Positions 20,907-30,594 of a DNA stretch of 64,000 bases are shown here, piece after piece. The stretch lies in IMG/VR virus record IMGVR_UViG_3300030330_003596. The stretch is one strand, 5' to 3'. The stretch's first letter is position 1; each line of letters opens with the position of its first letter. The translations under genes were made by a program, and so were the position numbers. The DNA is from an uncultured virus (IMG/VR IMGVR_UViG_3300030330_003596). Its lineage: Duplodnaviria; Heunggongvirae; Uroviricota; Caudoviricetes. The notes below the pieces were generated by a model, which was given only the letters and a program-made list of their open reading frames with translations, was not told where the DNA came from and searched no databases.

Positions 20907-21290
20907 CTATTGAAGTGCGGCTAAGAACTCATTACCAACGCTATTCTCTTCTTCTTGCTGAACAGGTTGATAAAAGGTAGTATTATATTGTTTTGCACTT
21001 TCACGCATCTTTTGTTTTTGTTGTTCATCCCTAGCCTTTCTTTCCCAGTATGCCGCAATTTTACGGTCTAAGAGCCAAAGTTCTATTCTATCATTGAGTG
21101 ATAAATCAAAGATTGCTTTCATAACCATAATTGCACCAATTGTTCCTAAACCAAATAGAACAGAATGGGCTAATGGGCCATATGGGAAATTCATTCCAAA
21201 TGCTGCATATGCCCAAACATTTGTTCCGCTTAATGCACCGACAAATAGAATTGTCATAATTAGACGAGTATCTTGACTTAATGCTGCCAT
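20907..21290 (-). CDS. Two-TM membrane protein with C-terminal coiled coil
   Basis: 127 aa; two hydrophobic segments followed by a charged helix. Confidence 0.65.
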   Translation of the reverse strand: MAALSQDTRLIMTILFVGALSGTNVWAYAAFGMNFPYGPLAHSVLFGLGTIGAIMVMKAIFDLSLNDRIELWLLDRKIAAYWERKARDEQQKQKMRESAKQYNTTFYQPVQQEEENSVGNEFLAALQ

Positions 21291-21299
21291 ATAATCACC

Positions 21300-21617
21300 T
21301 CAAGCGAACTCAACTGAAACTGCCGCACCTGTTCCCGCACCTGTGGATATTTCTAAAAATAATCCATTAGAAGCAATTACACCATGCATATCAAATTCAA
21401 ATGTTGAACTGTTATAAAGCGTTGGGTCGGCTGGATTGGGGGCTTGAAGAATTATTCTTGCTAATTCTTTACCACTTGCCGCAGTATTATCAAATACCTT
21501 AACAGTAGTTATTCCTGTTGTTCCAGTATATTGAGCATGAATGCTAATTAATTTACATTGTCCATTAAAAACTAATGAACTGGCCGTTAATACTCCGCTA
21601 CTTCTGCAACTCGGCAT
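21300..21617 (-). CDS. Small beta-rich virion protein
   Basis: 105 aa; VKVFDNTAASG motif of a type common in marine virus head-decoration genes. Confidence 0.5.
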   Translation of the reverse strand: MPSCRSSGVLTASSLVFNGQCKLISIHAQYTGTTGITTVKVFDNTAASGKELARIILQAPNPADPTLYNSSTFEFDMHGVIASNGLFLEISTGAGTGAAVSVEFA

Positions 21618-21678
21618 GATTCATCACTCTCGCTCAAACTGTCTATGAGGCATCACCCTCTTAACCCTATCGCTAAGA

Positions 21679-21999
21679 TTATTCAGTCAAAGACGACTTT
21701 TTGCTCTTAGCAGGGCTTTTCTTAGATTTAGCCTTAGCGGGAAGAAGATATGCACACAGTTTATCATGTGTATCTAAATCCCTGCCTAAAGCCTTTCCTA
21801 ATCGAGTTAAAACAGAAGGGTCGATTTGCTTCAATTCTTTTCTTTCACTTTCAGCAAAAGAAATATCAAGACAATTATCGCCCAAATATCGTAAAGCGTC
21901 TTGGACAGGAACATCTAAAGAAATATCCCTTGCCAATAACTCTCCATTGACTAAGAGCGTTTTTGCCCTTGAGCCTTTGGTTAGTTTAATTGTTGCCAA
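21679..21999 (-). CDS. Hypothetical protein
   Basis: 106 aa with a GAGGTG RBS. Confidence 0.55.
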   Translation of the reverse strand: MATIKLTKGSRAKTLLVNGELLARDISLDVPVQDALRYLGDNCLDISFAESERKELKQIDPSVLTRLGKALGRDLDTHDKLCAYLLPAKAKSKKSPAKSKKSSLTE

Positions 22000-22009
22000 T
22001 TAAAACACC

Positions 22010-22375
22010 TCAAAGGTTTCCAAATACTCTCAATCTAAATTGCATTCCGCTATGTGTTCCACCATCTGCAACTTCAGCAGGAGTAGCCTGTAAAGCATCA
22101 ACAATTAGCATTGTAAATGATGTTGCGCTAGTATAACTTCCATCTGTTCCTGAAATCACAAAGGTTGGATAAAACTTTACATTGCTAGTTCCAGTATGAG
22201 AAACCGCAGTAATTGTTTTTAATCCGAAATTACTTGCATTAAGAACAACACCAGAAGCATCATAGGTTGAAACATCAAGTAGAGCATCAACCATGTATTC
22301 ATCGCCATTTGCTCTCGGTTTGGTAAAACCCTTATGGTCTGCTAACAGACTCACCGTAAAAACTTCTTCTGTCAA
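22010..22375 (-). CDS. Putative capsid decoration protein
   Basis: 121 aa immediately after the major capsid gene; GAGGTGA RBS. Confidence 0.5.
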   Translation of the reverse strand: MTEEVFTVSLLADHKGFTKPRANGDEYMVDALLDVSTYDASGVVLNASNFGLKTITAVSHTGTSNVKFYPTFVISGTDGSYTSATSFTMLIVDALQATPAEVADGGTHSGMQFRLRVFGNL

Positions 22376-22385
22376 TTAAATCACC

Positions 22386-23738
22386 TCAAAGGAGATTGGT
22401 AATCTTTCCTTGACCCTTGAAGTAAGAACAACCAGTTTCACCCATTGTGCGATAAAGAGCCTTGTTTCCAAGATTACCAACACCGAATGGGTTTCCGTTG
22501 CTGATACCATCTTCAAAGTATTGTGTAGGCTTCATAACAGATAGCCACAAATGGTCAGTATCAAGGAAAAGCATATCGCTAATCAAACTTGAATTGTTTC
22601 CAGTTGAAGGCATAGCAGCAACAGGAATCAAAGGAATGTCGTAGTAGGTAGAAACACGGAATCCGACTTCTTGACCTTTAACACCACGAACACCATTAAC
22701 AGTAGGAACAATTTCCTTTCTATCCATGAATCGCTCTTGGGCTTGTAATAAGTCAGAAAGCGTTTGAAGGGTATCATATCCAGTAAGGATAACCTTTGGA
22801 GAACCACCTGCAACACGGAGTCTTCGGAGCATATCGTTAATAACCGTTAAGGTCAATTGTCGTGCTTCTGCTGAAAGGTAGCCATCACCAAAAGAAACTT
22901 CTGCATCTAAATACTCGTTTCCAGACGCACTTCGGAGTTTTCCGTAAAGAGTGTCAATTTGTTGGTCACTAGCAGAATCAACAAGGTTTCCACCAGAATT
23001 GTCAGCCAACTCAGTTATTTCAGCCGAGTTGCTTACAATCTTGAAAAGAGAAGTATATCCTCTATCAATTGCGTTTGCCGTGTTATAGGCCGTAGTTGGA
23101 GAATAGTTCTCCAATGGCATAACAAGCATGGTGTTTTGAACTTCTGCGTGGTGCTTGCCCATATCTTCTCTCAATTGCGCTCTAATATCACCGATACCAT
23201 CGTCAATTTGAGCCATTTCCATAGCCAATTCGCTGAAAGAGAATTGATGAGCAATAATCTTTGGACTCGTAAAGAGAACATCGTATTCGGGAGCAATTGA
23301 TTGAAGACCGTCTGAATCAGAATCTAATGAAGCATTTTCAGGAACACCACCGATTCGGTCTGCTCTCAAAGAATCAGCACCATAAAGCGCAGTATTGAGA
23401 GTTGTGTTGGAAGCGGCAGAAATGTCCAAGAAGTTTCCTGCTCCACCTGCGGGTCTTTTCTTCAAAATTCTCCAGCCACTTGAAGAATATGGTCGCTTTG
23501 CGATAACAGACAATGCGTTGCATTCTCGGTTTAACATAGACCATACCTTTTGGCCGTAAATCTTGTTGTAAAGATTTGCGTTAATACCTGTTGGGTCGCT
23601 TAATGCGCCATCGTGAGCGACATGAATGCCACTAACGGTTCCTGCCGCTTTAAGCAACTGGTTGCTAATATGCCCAGTTGCGCCCGTTCCGTATGTTTGT
23701 GCTTCTAAATCTGCAATTGTGTTAATATATCCAACCAT
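22386..23738 (-). CDS. Major capsid protein (HK97 fold)
   Basis: 450 aa after the prohead protease; PKVILTG...YYDIPLI...FLDTDHL pattern; strong GAGGTGA RBS. Confidence 0.85.
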   Translation of the reverse strand: MVGYINTIADLEAQTYGTGATGHISNQLLKAAGTVSGIHVAHDGALSDPTGINANLYNKIYGQKVWSMLNRECNALSVIAKRPYSSSGWRILKKRPAGGAGNFLDISAASNTTLNTALYGADSLRADRIGGVPENASLDSDSDGLQSIAPEYDVLFTSPKIIAHQFSFSELAMEMAQIDDGIGDIRAQLREDMGKHHAEVQNTMLVMPLENYSPTTAYNTANAIDRGYTSLFKIVSNSAEITELADNSGGNLVDSASDQQIDTLYGKLRSASGNEYLDAEVSFGDGYLSAEARQLTLTVINDMLRRLRVAGGSPKVILTGYDTLQTLSDLLQAQERFMDRKEIVPTVNGVRGVKGQEVGFRVSTYYDIPLIPVAAMPSTGNNSSLISDMLFLDTDHLWLSVMKPTQYFEDGISNGNPFGVGNLGNKALYRTMGETGCSYFKGQGKITNLL

Positions 23739-23749
23739 CTTAAATCACC

Positions 23750-25009
23750 TCAAAGGTTTCCTCCAACCATCTTATGAATGTCAGCCCAATCCATTTCGGC
23801 TAATTCATCCATTGTAGGGAGTTTGATAGTGGCTTCTTCTTGAGCCTTTAGAATTGTTTCCTTCTCAGTCGTCAAAGACTTTCGGAGGGAAGCAAATTCA
23901 TTCTTAAGAGAAGCAATTTCGCTTTGTGCATCATATTGCGACTTTGCGAGAACGTCTTCTCTTTGAGAAGTTTCAGCGTTAAAGCGAGCCTCAAATTGCT
24001 TTTGAAGGTTATCGTAAGCCAACTTTTCAAGTTGTTCTTGTCGGAAAGCCTCATAAGCCTTCTCAATGTTTCCAACAGACAAATCAAGGGTTTCAAGTTC
24101 ATCGTTGTTAAATGCCTTAACTACTGGTAAATCAGTAGCCTTTGGTCGGCCTCCTTCAATAACGATTCTATCGGCAGGTTCACCGATTTCAACACCCGCA
24201 CCATCAAGGGTAGGAACATAGGCTTTTCTCTCTTCGTCATCCATCATTTCCTCATCCTTCATCTTTTCAGACATCATTTTGTCTTTATCGGGCATCATCT
24301 TTTCTTCATCCTTCATTTTTTCATCCATCAACTTTTCAGACATCATTTTATCTTTGTCGTCCGTCATGTCCATGCTTTCTTCTTCTTCTTTTCTTAGCAT
24401 ATTGACTTCTTCCATAAGAGCGTCAAGTTCTGCTAATGCTTTTTCTATTTTGGTCATTTTTTTCACCTTTTTTGTTTTTTCTTGCTTTAATATGTCAAAC
24501 TTTGCTTCTGGATTAATTCCTTTTTCACAAATAGTGACTTCATGTAATTCTAACTTTGAAATTTCGTTGTATTGCCCAAATTCGTTATTGGTTTTCTTTA
24601 CCTTTTCTAAAGCCTGTCCTCCAATACTGAAACTTCTTAATGAACCTTTTCTAATGCCACGATTAATTTCTTTGGCCTTTTCTATATCGTCTCTTAATTT
24701 AATAACTACGAAGAATCCAACATCATCTACTTCTGTTTTAAACAATCTCCCTGTTTTATCTCGGTATGATTCTACTACTTCTCCGACTTGAACATTTGAA
24801 TGATTTGTCATTACATTTCTAAACTTCGGGTTCTCCATGTATTTATTAACCGCTTCTTTAAGGGCTTTTAATGTGATTAAATCATTTTGCTTATCAACGA
24901 TTTCAATGCTTGCATATCCTCCAATCATTAAATCGTCTTGGCTCTTGAGAATTTTGAAATCCGAAGTGTTGTTTCGCATCACCGCAGAAGACATTCTTCT
25001 CAACCCCAA
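23750..25009 (-). CDS. Prohead protease fused to scaffold
   Basis: IGGYASIEIVDKQND...H...SFSIGG...ELHEVTICEKGINPEAKF HK97-type protease, followed by an acidic coiled-coil scaffold. Confidence 0.88.
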   Translation of the reverse strand: MGLRRMSSAVMRNNTSDFKILKSQDDLMIGGYASIEIVDKQNDLITLKALKEAVNKYMENPKFRNVMTNHSNVQVGEVVESYRDKTGRLFKTEVDDVGFFVVIKLRDDIEKAKEINRGIRKGSLRSFSIGGQALEKVKKTNNEFGQYNEISKLELHEVTICEKGINPEAKFDILKQEKTKKVKKMTKIEKALAELDALMEEVNMLRKEEEESMDMTDDKDKMMSEKLMDEKMKDEEKMMPDKDKMMSEKMKDEEMMDDEERKAYVPTLDGAGVEIGEPADRIVIEGGRPKATDLPVVKAFNNDELETLDLSVGNIEKAYEAFRQEQLEKLAYDNLQKQFEARFNAETSQREDVLAKSQYDAQSEIASLKNEFASLRKSLTTEKETILKAQEEATIKLPTMDELAEMDWADIHKMVGGNL

Positions 25010-25023
25010 CTAACCATTAACGA

Positions 25024-25033
25024 GTATATAAAG
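25024..25033 (-). promoter_or_regulatory. Archaeal TATA box upstream of the protease/capsid genes
   Basis: CTTTATATAC on the minus strand; same 10-mer at 54968 and 63937. Confidence 0.55.
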
Positions 25034-25039
25034 AACAAC

Positions 25040-27586
25040 CTATTCTTCAGTAGGAAGGGGTAATTTGTTATACCTATCTTCATAAATATTCCACTTTCCT
25101 TCATCCCCTTCCTTATCAGCAGGAGTTTGTTTATATCCAGTCCATGCAAGCCACATTTTTTGTCCATCTACATCTAAGACTCTATAATGCATTTTAGTTT
25201 CAAACTTGTTGCCTTCTAAGAAATATTCATGGTAGCCATCTCTTTGAATACCTAATTTTATTTTACCAGAATCAACGACCTTTCCTTTAGTTACAGTCTT
25301 TGCTACTTCTGCTGGATATTTACCAGCAGCCCCGAATAAATCAAACAATTCTTCTTCATTCTCAATATCAATTGTCCAGAACATATTTTCTGTCTTTAGT
25401 TTAATTGCTAAAGTTAAATTATCATCTTCTCTAGCGTATAATTTAAATTCACCTTCTCTTAATTCGGGAGGTGTTTTATATTCTCCTTCAACCGCTTTAA
25501 TATCTTCTTTCATGATTTCTTCTTCCTGCATAATTTTATCATCATCAGCAGAAATTTTTCCTTCTTTTTCACTAATGCCATCTCTAAGAATTATCCACTT
25601 CTTTAACTTCTTTACATCAGATTCAAGAACATCTTCGTATAAATCTTTATGTTCTTTCACCAAAAAGTTATGTAGTTCTTTAGGAGTTTTATCTCCACTC
25701 ATTTTTAAGTATTGGAAGGAAGCCACAGTCAAATCACTTTGCTTGGACTTCATAATATCAATCGCTTGTTGCTTCCACATATCTAAGTCCATTGTGGCAT
25801 TCTTAGACATTAAATTATCTTTTTCATATCCATAAATAGTAAAGCCATCTAAATCATATTTGATAATTACATTGGCTTCTCCATGAATATGGTCTGTTAT
25901 TTTAACACCTTTTGTAAATGCCTCAACATCATAATTTAAAGACTTCTTGGTGTCTTGAGAAAGTAATTCTAATGTGACTAATTTATCAGGGTGTTCTACT
26001 TCAGGTATCTCAATAGGTTTCGCTGAGAATAAACTAAACCCTTCTCCTTTCTTTTTGACTTCATCAACCTTTACTCGGATAATTTCCCCAATATCAACTG
26101 CGATTTTTGTATTCAATGCTTTGCCTACATTCAAATAATGCCTCTTATTTATTTCAACAGCACCAGTCATTTCTTCATCAACTGGCCCAACTCCAACAGT
26201 ATAAGAATAAAGATTACTTTTTGTCTTTTTCTTATCTAAAACAATAACATCTAAATCAACAAACTTCTTTAACTTAATCCATTTAGGATTTTTCTTTGTT
26301 CCAATATAATATGTTGAAGTAGAGTCTTTGATAACTACTCCTTCAGATGTAGGAATTTCCATCATTTCTTCAGCATATTTTTCAATATCCTTTAAGTTAT
26401 CTGCTTGGCGAGTATCTTTCTTTGATGGATAAGCAATTGCTTCTCCTGATTTAGAAGAATAGTTGTTGAATAAAATTGTCATTCTATTTTCTAATTCTTC
26501 ATCTGCTAATGTTTGTGCTTCATGCCTAATAATATCAAAAACATGGCACTTTAATTTAGCCTCTTTATATTTATCTTTGAATACATGAGCGATAGTATCT
26601 GCTCTATGGAGAGGTTCATCTCCGTCAAAGAGAACTAATTCTCCATCGAAAATACAATCACCGTATTCTTTCTTTTTTAATTCATCAACCTGTTCTTTAC
26701 ATTTACTAGAAATGTCTTTACCGTTATAAGAATAAATAGTAACCTTATTATCTATTTTATGTAATTGTACTCTCATGCCATCATACTTTTCTTGAACATA
26801 CCAATTGCCACTAAAGCCTTTTAATTCCTCAATGTCCTTAACTTCAAAAATTCTATACATTGGTTTATTAGGAACAATAAATTGAGAGATAGATTTTTTC
26901 TCATCATTAGGAACAGACTTCTCTACTCCCTCAATATCTTTCAATTCTTCCCAATCCTTCTTTTCATTCTTAGAAAAGAAAATTAGTTCTAACATATCCA
27001 TAGCAGCCTTTACTTTGGATTCGACCTTCTTTGAGTCTTTTCCATCCCCGTAATGCTCAATAATATAGAGGGCAATATCATCCGATTCTAAGTCAAGACC
27101 CTTAAGACCCTCCGTAATCGTGTCGGGTTGCATCCCTTTAACGCTGTAAATGTCATCAGATAGGGCTTTATTGTCATCCCTTAAAGCATAATGCACAAAT
27201 TTAACCATGCTTTCTGGATTATCCAATAATTCTTCAAGGACATTATCCTTGAACATAGATGCGAATGGGTCAGCGACAATAGGCGACGAATAGCGAAGCA
27301 ATTTTATTTTTTCATACAGTTCTTTCGCTTGTCTTGAAGTAGGGTCTTTTGTGTCCTTATCTTCTAAATCCTTCTCATCAATAAAGTTTCGCATTTCTTT
27401 TCCTGCGGCATCTGATTCTTCATATGATTCAGTAATCATATCTACGGCTTTACGCCAACGACCCGAATATTCTGTTGGGTCGTGAATAGCAGATAAATAG
27501 GCTACTCTTGTCTTTTCAAATAGACGAAGAATTTCTTGGGAAGGTTGCTTATCCTTCTCAATAGAAGCCAATTTCATACGAATCAT
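25040..27586 (-). CDS. ATP-dependent DNA ligase with N- and C-terminal extensions
   Basis: Motif I QEKYDGMR, III FDGEL, IIIa FDII, IV EGVVIK, V WIKLKK. Confidence 0.88.
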   Translation of the reverse strand: MIRMKLASIEKDKQPSQEILRLFEKTRVAYLSAIHDPTEYSGRWRKAVDMITESYEESDAAGKEMRNFIDEKDLEDKDTKDPTSRQAKELYEKIKLLRYSSPIVADPFASMFKDNVLEELLDNPESMVKFVHYALRDDNKALSDDIYSVKGMQPDTITEGLKGLDLESDDIALYIIEHYGDGKDSKKVESKVKAAMDMLELIFFSKNEKKDWEELKDIEGVEKSVPNDEKKSISQFIVPNKPMYRIFEVKDIEELKGFSGNWYVQEKYDGMRVQLHKIDNKVTIYSYNGKDISSKCKEQVDELKKKEYGDCIFDGELVLFDGDEPLHRADTIAHVFKDKYKEAKLKCHVFDIIRHEAQTLADEELENRMTILFNNYSSKSGEAIAYPSKKDTRQADNLKDIEKYAEEMMEIPTSEGVVIKDSTSTYYIGTKKNPKWIKLKKFVDLDVIVLDKKKTKSNLYSYTVGVGPVDEEMTGAVEINKRHYLNVGKALNTKIAVDIGEIIRVKVDEVKKKGEGFSLFSAKPIEIPEVEHPDKLVTLELLSQDTKKSLNYDVEAFTKGVKITDHIHGEANVIIKYDLDGFTIYGYEKDNLMSKNATMDLDMWKQQAIDIMKSKQSDLTVASFQYLKMSGDKTPKELHNFLVKEHKDLYEDVLESDVKKLKKWIILRDGISEKEGKISADDDKIMQEEEIMKEDIKAVEGEYKTPPELREGEFKLYAREDDNLTLAIKLKTENMFWTIDIENEEELFDLFGAAGKYPAEVAKTVTKGKVVDSGKIKLGIQRDGYHEYFLEGNKFETKMHYRVLDVDGQKMWLAWTGYKQTPADKEGDEGKWNIYEDRYNKLPLPTEE

Positions 27587-28119
27587 CTATTTCTTTCGTA
27601 TTCAGGGTCTAATGTTTCTCCCGAATATTCTGAATCATAAAACTTAGTTTGTTCGGGAACTTCGGATAATTCTTTTTCAAGAGCCGCTAACTTTTGATTA
27701 ATTTCAACCATCTTATCCATAATTGCAGGTTGTTCGCTAATCTTTGCCTCTTTAATCTGCTTAGCCATACCAGAAAGCATGGTGGAAAGACCATCAATTT
27801 GACTAATTAACTTAACTCTTTTCTCATCATCTAAGAAAGGATTTGTTTCATAATCTTCAGGTAAAATGTTCTTTAATAACTTTACCATCTTTGTGATTTC
27901 TCCTGCATAAGCATGAAAAGTATCGGGGCCATCGTTTGATTCGGCCTTGTAGTTATAATTTTCAGCCTTTGGTCGCTTTAATTTAAACGCTTCTGATTCA
28001 TCATCCATAGGATTTCTATTATTATCCATCAGCGATTGATAAAGTATTTCCTTTGCATCTCTCGCTTTTTCAATCATAAGACTAATTTTTCTTTCTTCTC
28101 TTGTAACTCTCTCAGGCAT
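27583..28119 (-). CDS. Hypothetical protein
   Basis: 178 aa helical ORF. Confidence 0.6.
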   Translation of the reverse strand: MPERVTREERKISLMIEKARDAKEILYQSLMDNNRNPMDDESEAFKLKRPKAENYNYKAESNDGPDTFHAYAGEITKMVKLLKNILPEDYETNPFLDDEKRVKLISQIDGLSTMLSGMAKQIKEAKISEQPAIMDKMVEINQKLAALEKELSEVPEQTKFYDSEYSGETLDPEYERNR

Positions 28120-28124
28120 TTAAA

Positions 28125-28370
28125 TCACTCCATCTTTGAAACCATCTTATGAATTTCAGACCAATCCATACTTGAAACATCAGTAGTAGGTAATGAATCA
28201 ATACCGCCAACGGTATTATCCATAGCAGGAGTAGGACTTTCAGAAATAACCAAACCTGCTTTCATTAGAAGACTATCTTTTGCATAAATGGTCTTTTCTA
28301 ATGCTTCAACCTTAGCAGTTAAAGCCTTAATGATTTCTAATACATCTTTGTTAATACTTTCTTCTGTCAT
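28125..28370 (-). CDS. Small scaffold-like protein
   Basis: 81 aa; coiled coil; C-terminal MDWSEIHKMV nearly identical to the protease/scaffold C-terminus MDWADIHKMV. Confidence 0.6.
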   Translation of the reverse strand: MTEESINKDVLEIIKALTAKVEALEKTIYAKDSLLMKAGLVISESPTPAMDNTVGGIDSLPTTDVSSMDWSEIHKMVSKME

Positions 28371-28732
28371 CTCTTTTCCTCCTTCTTTCCTCTTGGATGG
28401 ACTAAATCTCTTAATTGCCTATAAAGAAGTTCATACTCTTTACGAAGTTTGGTAGCAGTGGCCACTATATCAATGTTCCTTTCATCCATTGACTTCATTT
28501 TCTTGTTTAACTTCTTATCTGATTTAACCAATTCTAATTCTTTAAGAGTAGAAATTAATTCACCCAGTTTAGTAAAGTCTTGACCAAAAAATTCTGTTGG
28601 TTCAGCCGCTTGAAGTGTTTTCTTTAACTTCTTTCTTCCTTTAGCATCTAACGAATCAAGAAGTTTCTTAGGTCTTTTTTTCTCTTCTTTGAGAATAAAA
28701 TCTTCTCCCTCTCCATAGTAATCCCATGTCAT
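28367..28732 (-). CDS. Hypothetical protein
   Basis: 121 aa ORF coupled to its neighbours. Confidence 0.6.
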   Translation of the reverse strand: MTWDYYGEGEDFILKEEKKRPKKLLDSLDAKGRKKLKKTLQAAEPTEFFGQDFTKLGELISTLKELELVKSDKKLNKKMKSMDERNIDIVATATKLRKEYELLYRQLRDLVHPRGKKEEKR

Positions 28733-30360
28733 TATTCTTCCTCTCCGCTAGCAAGACTCTTTAATTCTTCAATAATGCCTCCTAATGCATTTGACCTTTC
28801 TTGATACTTTTCAGATGCTTCTTCAAATTCAGTCATTTTAGCAGCATTAAGAGTGGGGAATCCTTCAAAAACACCGTCCACTACCCTAACATCAGGATTT
28901 TCCATCATAAATTCAGTAAAACCTTGAGTGATTTCCCCTTCTGATTCACGGGTAATTTTAGCCATTTGATTAGAATATCTCCTTAGATAAGACAACAAAT
29001 TAATGCCTTTTGTCAATTTTTTCTTAACAGGAGTAGAAGGCTCTAATTCTCTAAACATTCCCAAAAACTTTCCGAGTTCTTTAACATTTTCATCTTGGTC
29101 AAAAGCATCGAGGTCTGTCTTTAATCGCTCAAGTTTTCTTCTTTCTTGAGCAATCTCTCTTTCTAATTCTTGAGTGGCTTCACTTACATATTTTTCTCTA
29201 TTTTGGTTAATATCATTAAAAGTATTAGTTAAAGCCTGAATATCCTTAACTCTTCCCGAAGATATGACTCTTTTAAGCGAAGCATTTAATTTACTAATTT
29301 TTCTAGAAACAATTTTATCTTTATCTTTAAGGATTTCTTCTAATTGTTTGATTTTGTTTTCAAGAAATACTCTAGTTGTCATAATCTGTCTATTATTAGT
29401 TTGAACAGCCTCAACCTTTCTTAACGCTCTTTCATACTGAGTATTCACGCCTAAATCAACATTTTTCTTTTTGGCTCTTTCCATCATGAGTAGTCTTTCT
29501 CTTTTGACTCTTGGCCTATCAACAAGTGCTCTTGGTTTTCTTCCATATGGGTCTTTTTGAGTATATAATATTTCAAAGACCTTTAAGAAATCAATTGGTT
29601 CTTTTCCTTCAACTTCATATGTTAAATCTAAAATACTTTTAAGCATTCTATCTATTCTATTAACATCAATATCTTTTCCTGTTCTTTCTTCTTCTCTTTG
29701 GGTTCTACTTATATTATATTTTTTACCAGTCAAAATCCCATCAACTAAAAGTTTTCCATACTTATTATTTAAGTAATCAGGGTCTTTCTTAATTAGTGTT
29801 AAAGTAGAAAGTAATTTACCAGTAGCAGCAGAAGAACCCAATTTAAGATACTCTTTCATAGCCCCTCTAACTACGGTGACTTTTCTCGTTTTATTTCTTA
29901 TTCTCTTTTCAATAACTTGAACATTTGCTTTTTCAGCGATATCTAAAAGAATATCTTTTTGATAATCTAATAAAGATAATTCTTTATAAGCATCTTTTTC
30001 TTCAGATTGCCTATCAATTCTTGAACCATAGGCTTCCTCTTCTAATCTCGCTTGTCTTCCTGCTTCATCAGAATAGATTTCTTCTTCAGTTGTTAAATCA
30101 GATTCGCCTTCTTCAAGACTTGATTGTTCATCAGCCCTTTGTTCTTCAGCCCTTCTTTCTTCTTCCTCTTCTTCATTCTTAGCAATCTTAATGTATCTAC
30201 GATATTCAATCATGTTTTGAGAAGTAAGATTATTTACTAATGAATCCTTAATTAAAGAAACATTAGCCCCCTCATTAACTAATAAAGAGGTCTCTTCATC
30301 TAAATTAGCCTTTCTTAAAACACTTATCAACGACTTATCTTTGGCTAATTCATAAAACAT
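28732..30360 (-). CDS. Coiled-coil hypothetical protein (possibly internal virion protein)
   Basis: 542 aa, charged and helical, just downstream of the portal gene. Confidence 0.55.
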   Translation of the reverse strand: MFYELAKDKSLISVLRKANLDEETSLLVNEGANVSLIKDSLVNNLTSQNMIEYRRYIKIAKNEEEEEERRAEEQRADEQSSLEEGESDLTTEEEIYSDEAGRQARLEEEAYGSRIDRQSEEKDAYKELSLLDYQKDILLDIAEKANVQVIEKRIRNKTRKVTVVRGAMKEYLKLGSSAATGKLLSTLTLIKKDPDYLNNKYGKLLVDGILTGKKYNISRTQREEERTGKDIDVNRIDRMLKSILDLTYEVEGKEPIDFLKVFEILYTQKDPYGRKPRALVDRPRVKRERLLMMERAKKKNVDLGVNTQYERALRKVEAVQTNNRQIMTTRVFLENKIKQLEEILKDKDKIVSRKISKLNASLKRVISSGRVKDIQALTNTFNDINQNREKYVSEATQELEREIAQERRKLERLKTDLDAFDQDENVKELGKFLGMFRELEPSTPVKKKLTKGINLLSYLRRYSNQMAKITRESEGEITQGFTEFMMENPDVRVVDGVFEGFPTLNAAKMTEFEEASEKYQERSNALGGIIEELKSLASGEEE

Positions 30361-30369
30361 TTAATCACC

Positions 30370-30594
30370 TCAAAAGGGAATATTTTCTTTCTTTCCTCTT
30401 TTCTTAGAGGGTAATAGAATAACATCAGGATTATCTGCCGAAGAAGGCATAGCCTTATGAGAAGTATCTGGTGGTAATCCGACAGACATATCACGGTTCT
30501 TCTTTACTTTATTGTTCTGTTGTGCAGTTAAAGCCTTTACTTGGGCTAGTTCTTTTGTTAATCTTCTTTGCTTTTGGTTTAAATCTTCACTCAT
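30370..30594 (-). CDS. Hypothetical protein
   Basis: 74 aa with a GGAGG RBS. Confidence 0.55.
   Translation of the reverse strand: MSEDLNQKQRRLTKELAQVKALTAQQNNKVKKNRDMSVGLPPDTSHKAMPSSADNPDVILLPSKKRGKKENIPF

Noticed and set aside
24225..24400. Repeated DKDKMMSEK sequence in the scaffold
   Set aside because: A short in-frame duplication in a low-complexity linker; no sign of a separate element.
21178..29552. CCATATGG 8-mers at ~21178 and ~29543
   Set aside because: They lie inside coding sequence, lack the A/T flanks and CAAAG/CTTTG arms, and are compatible with chance.
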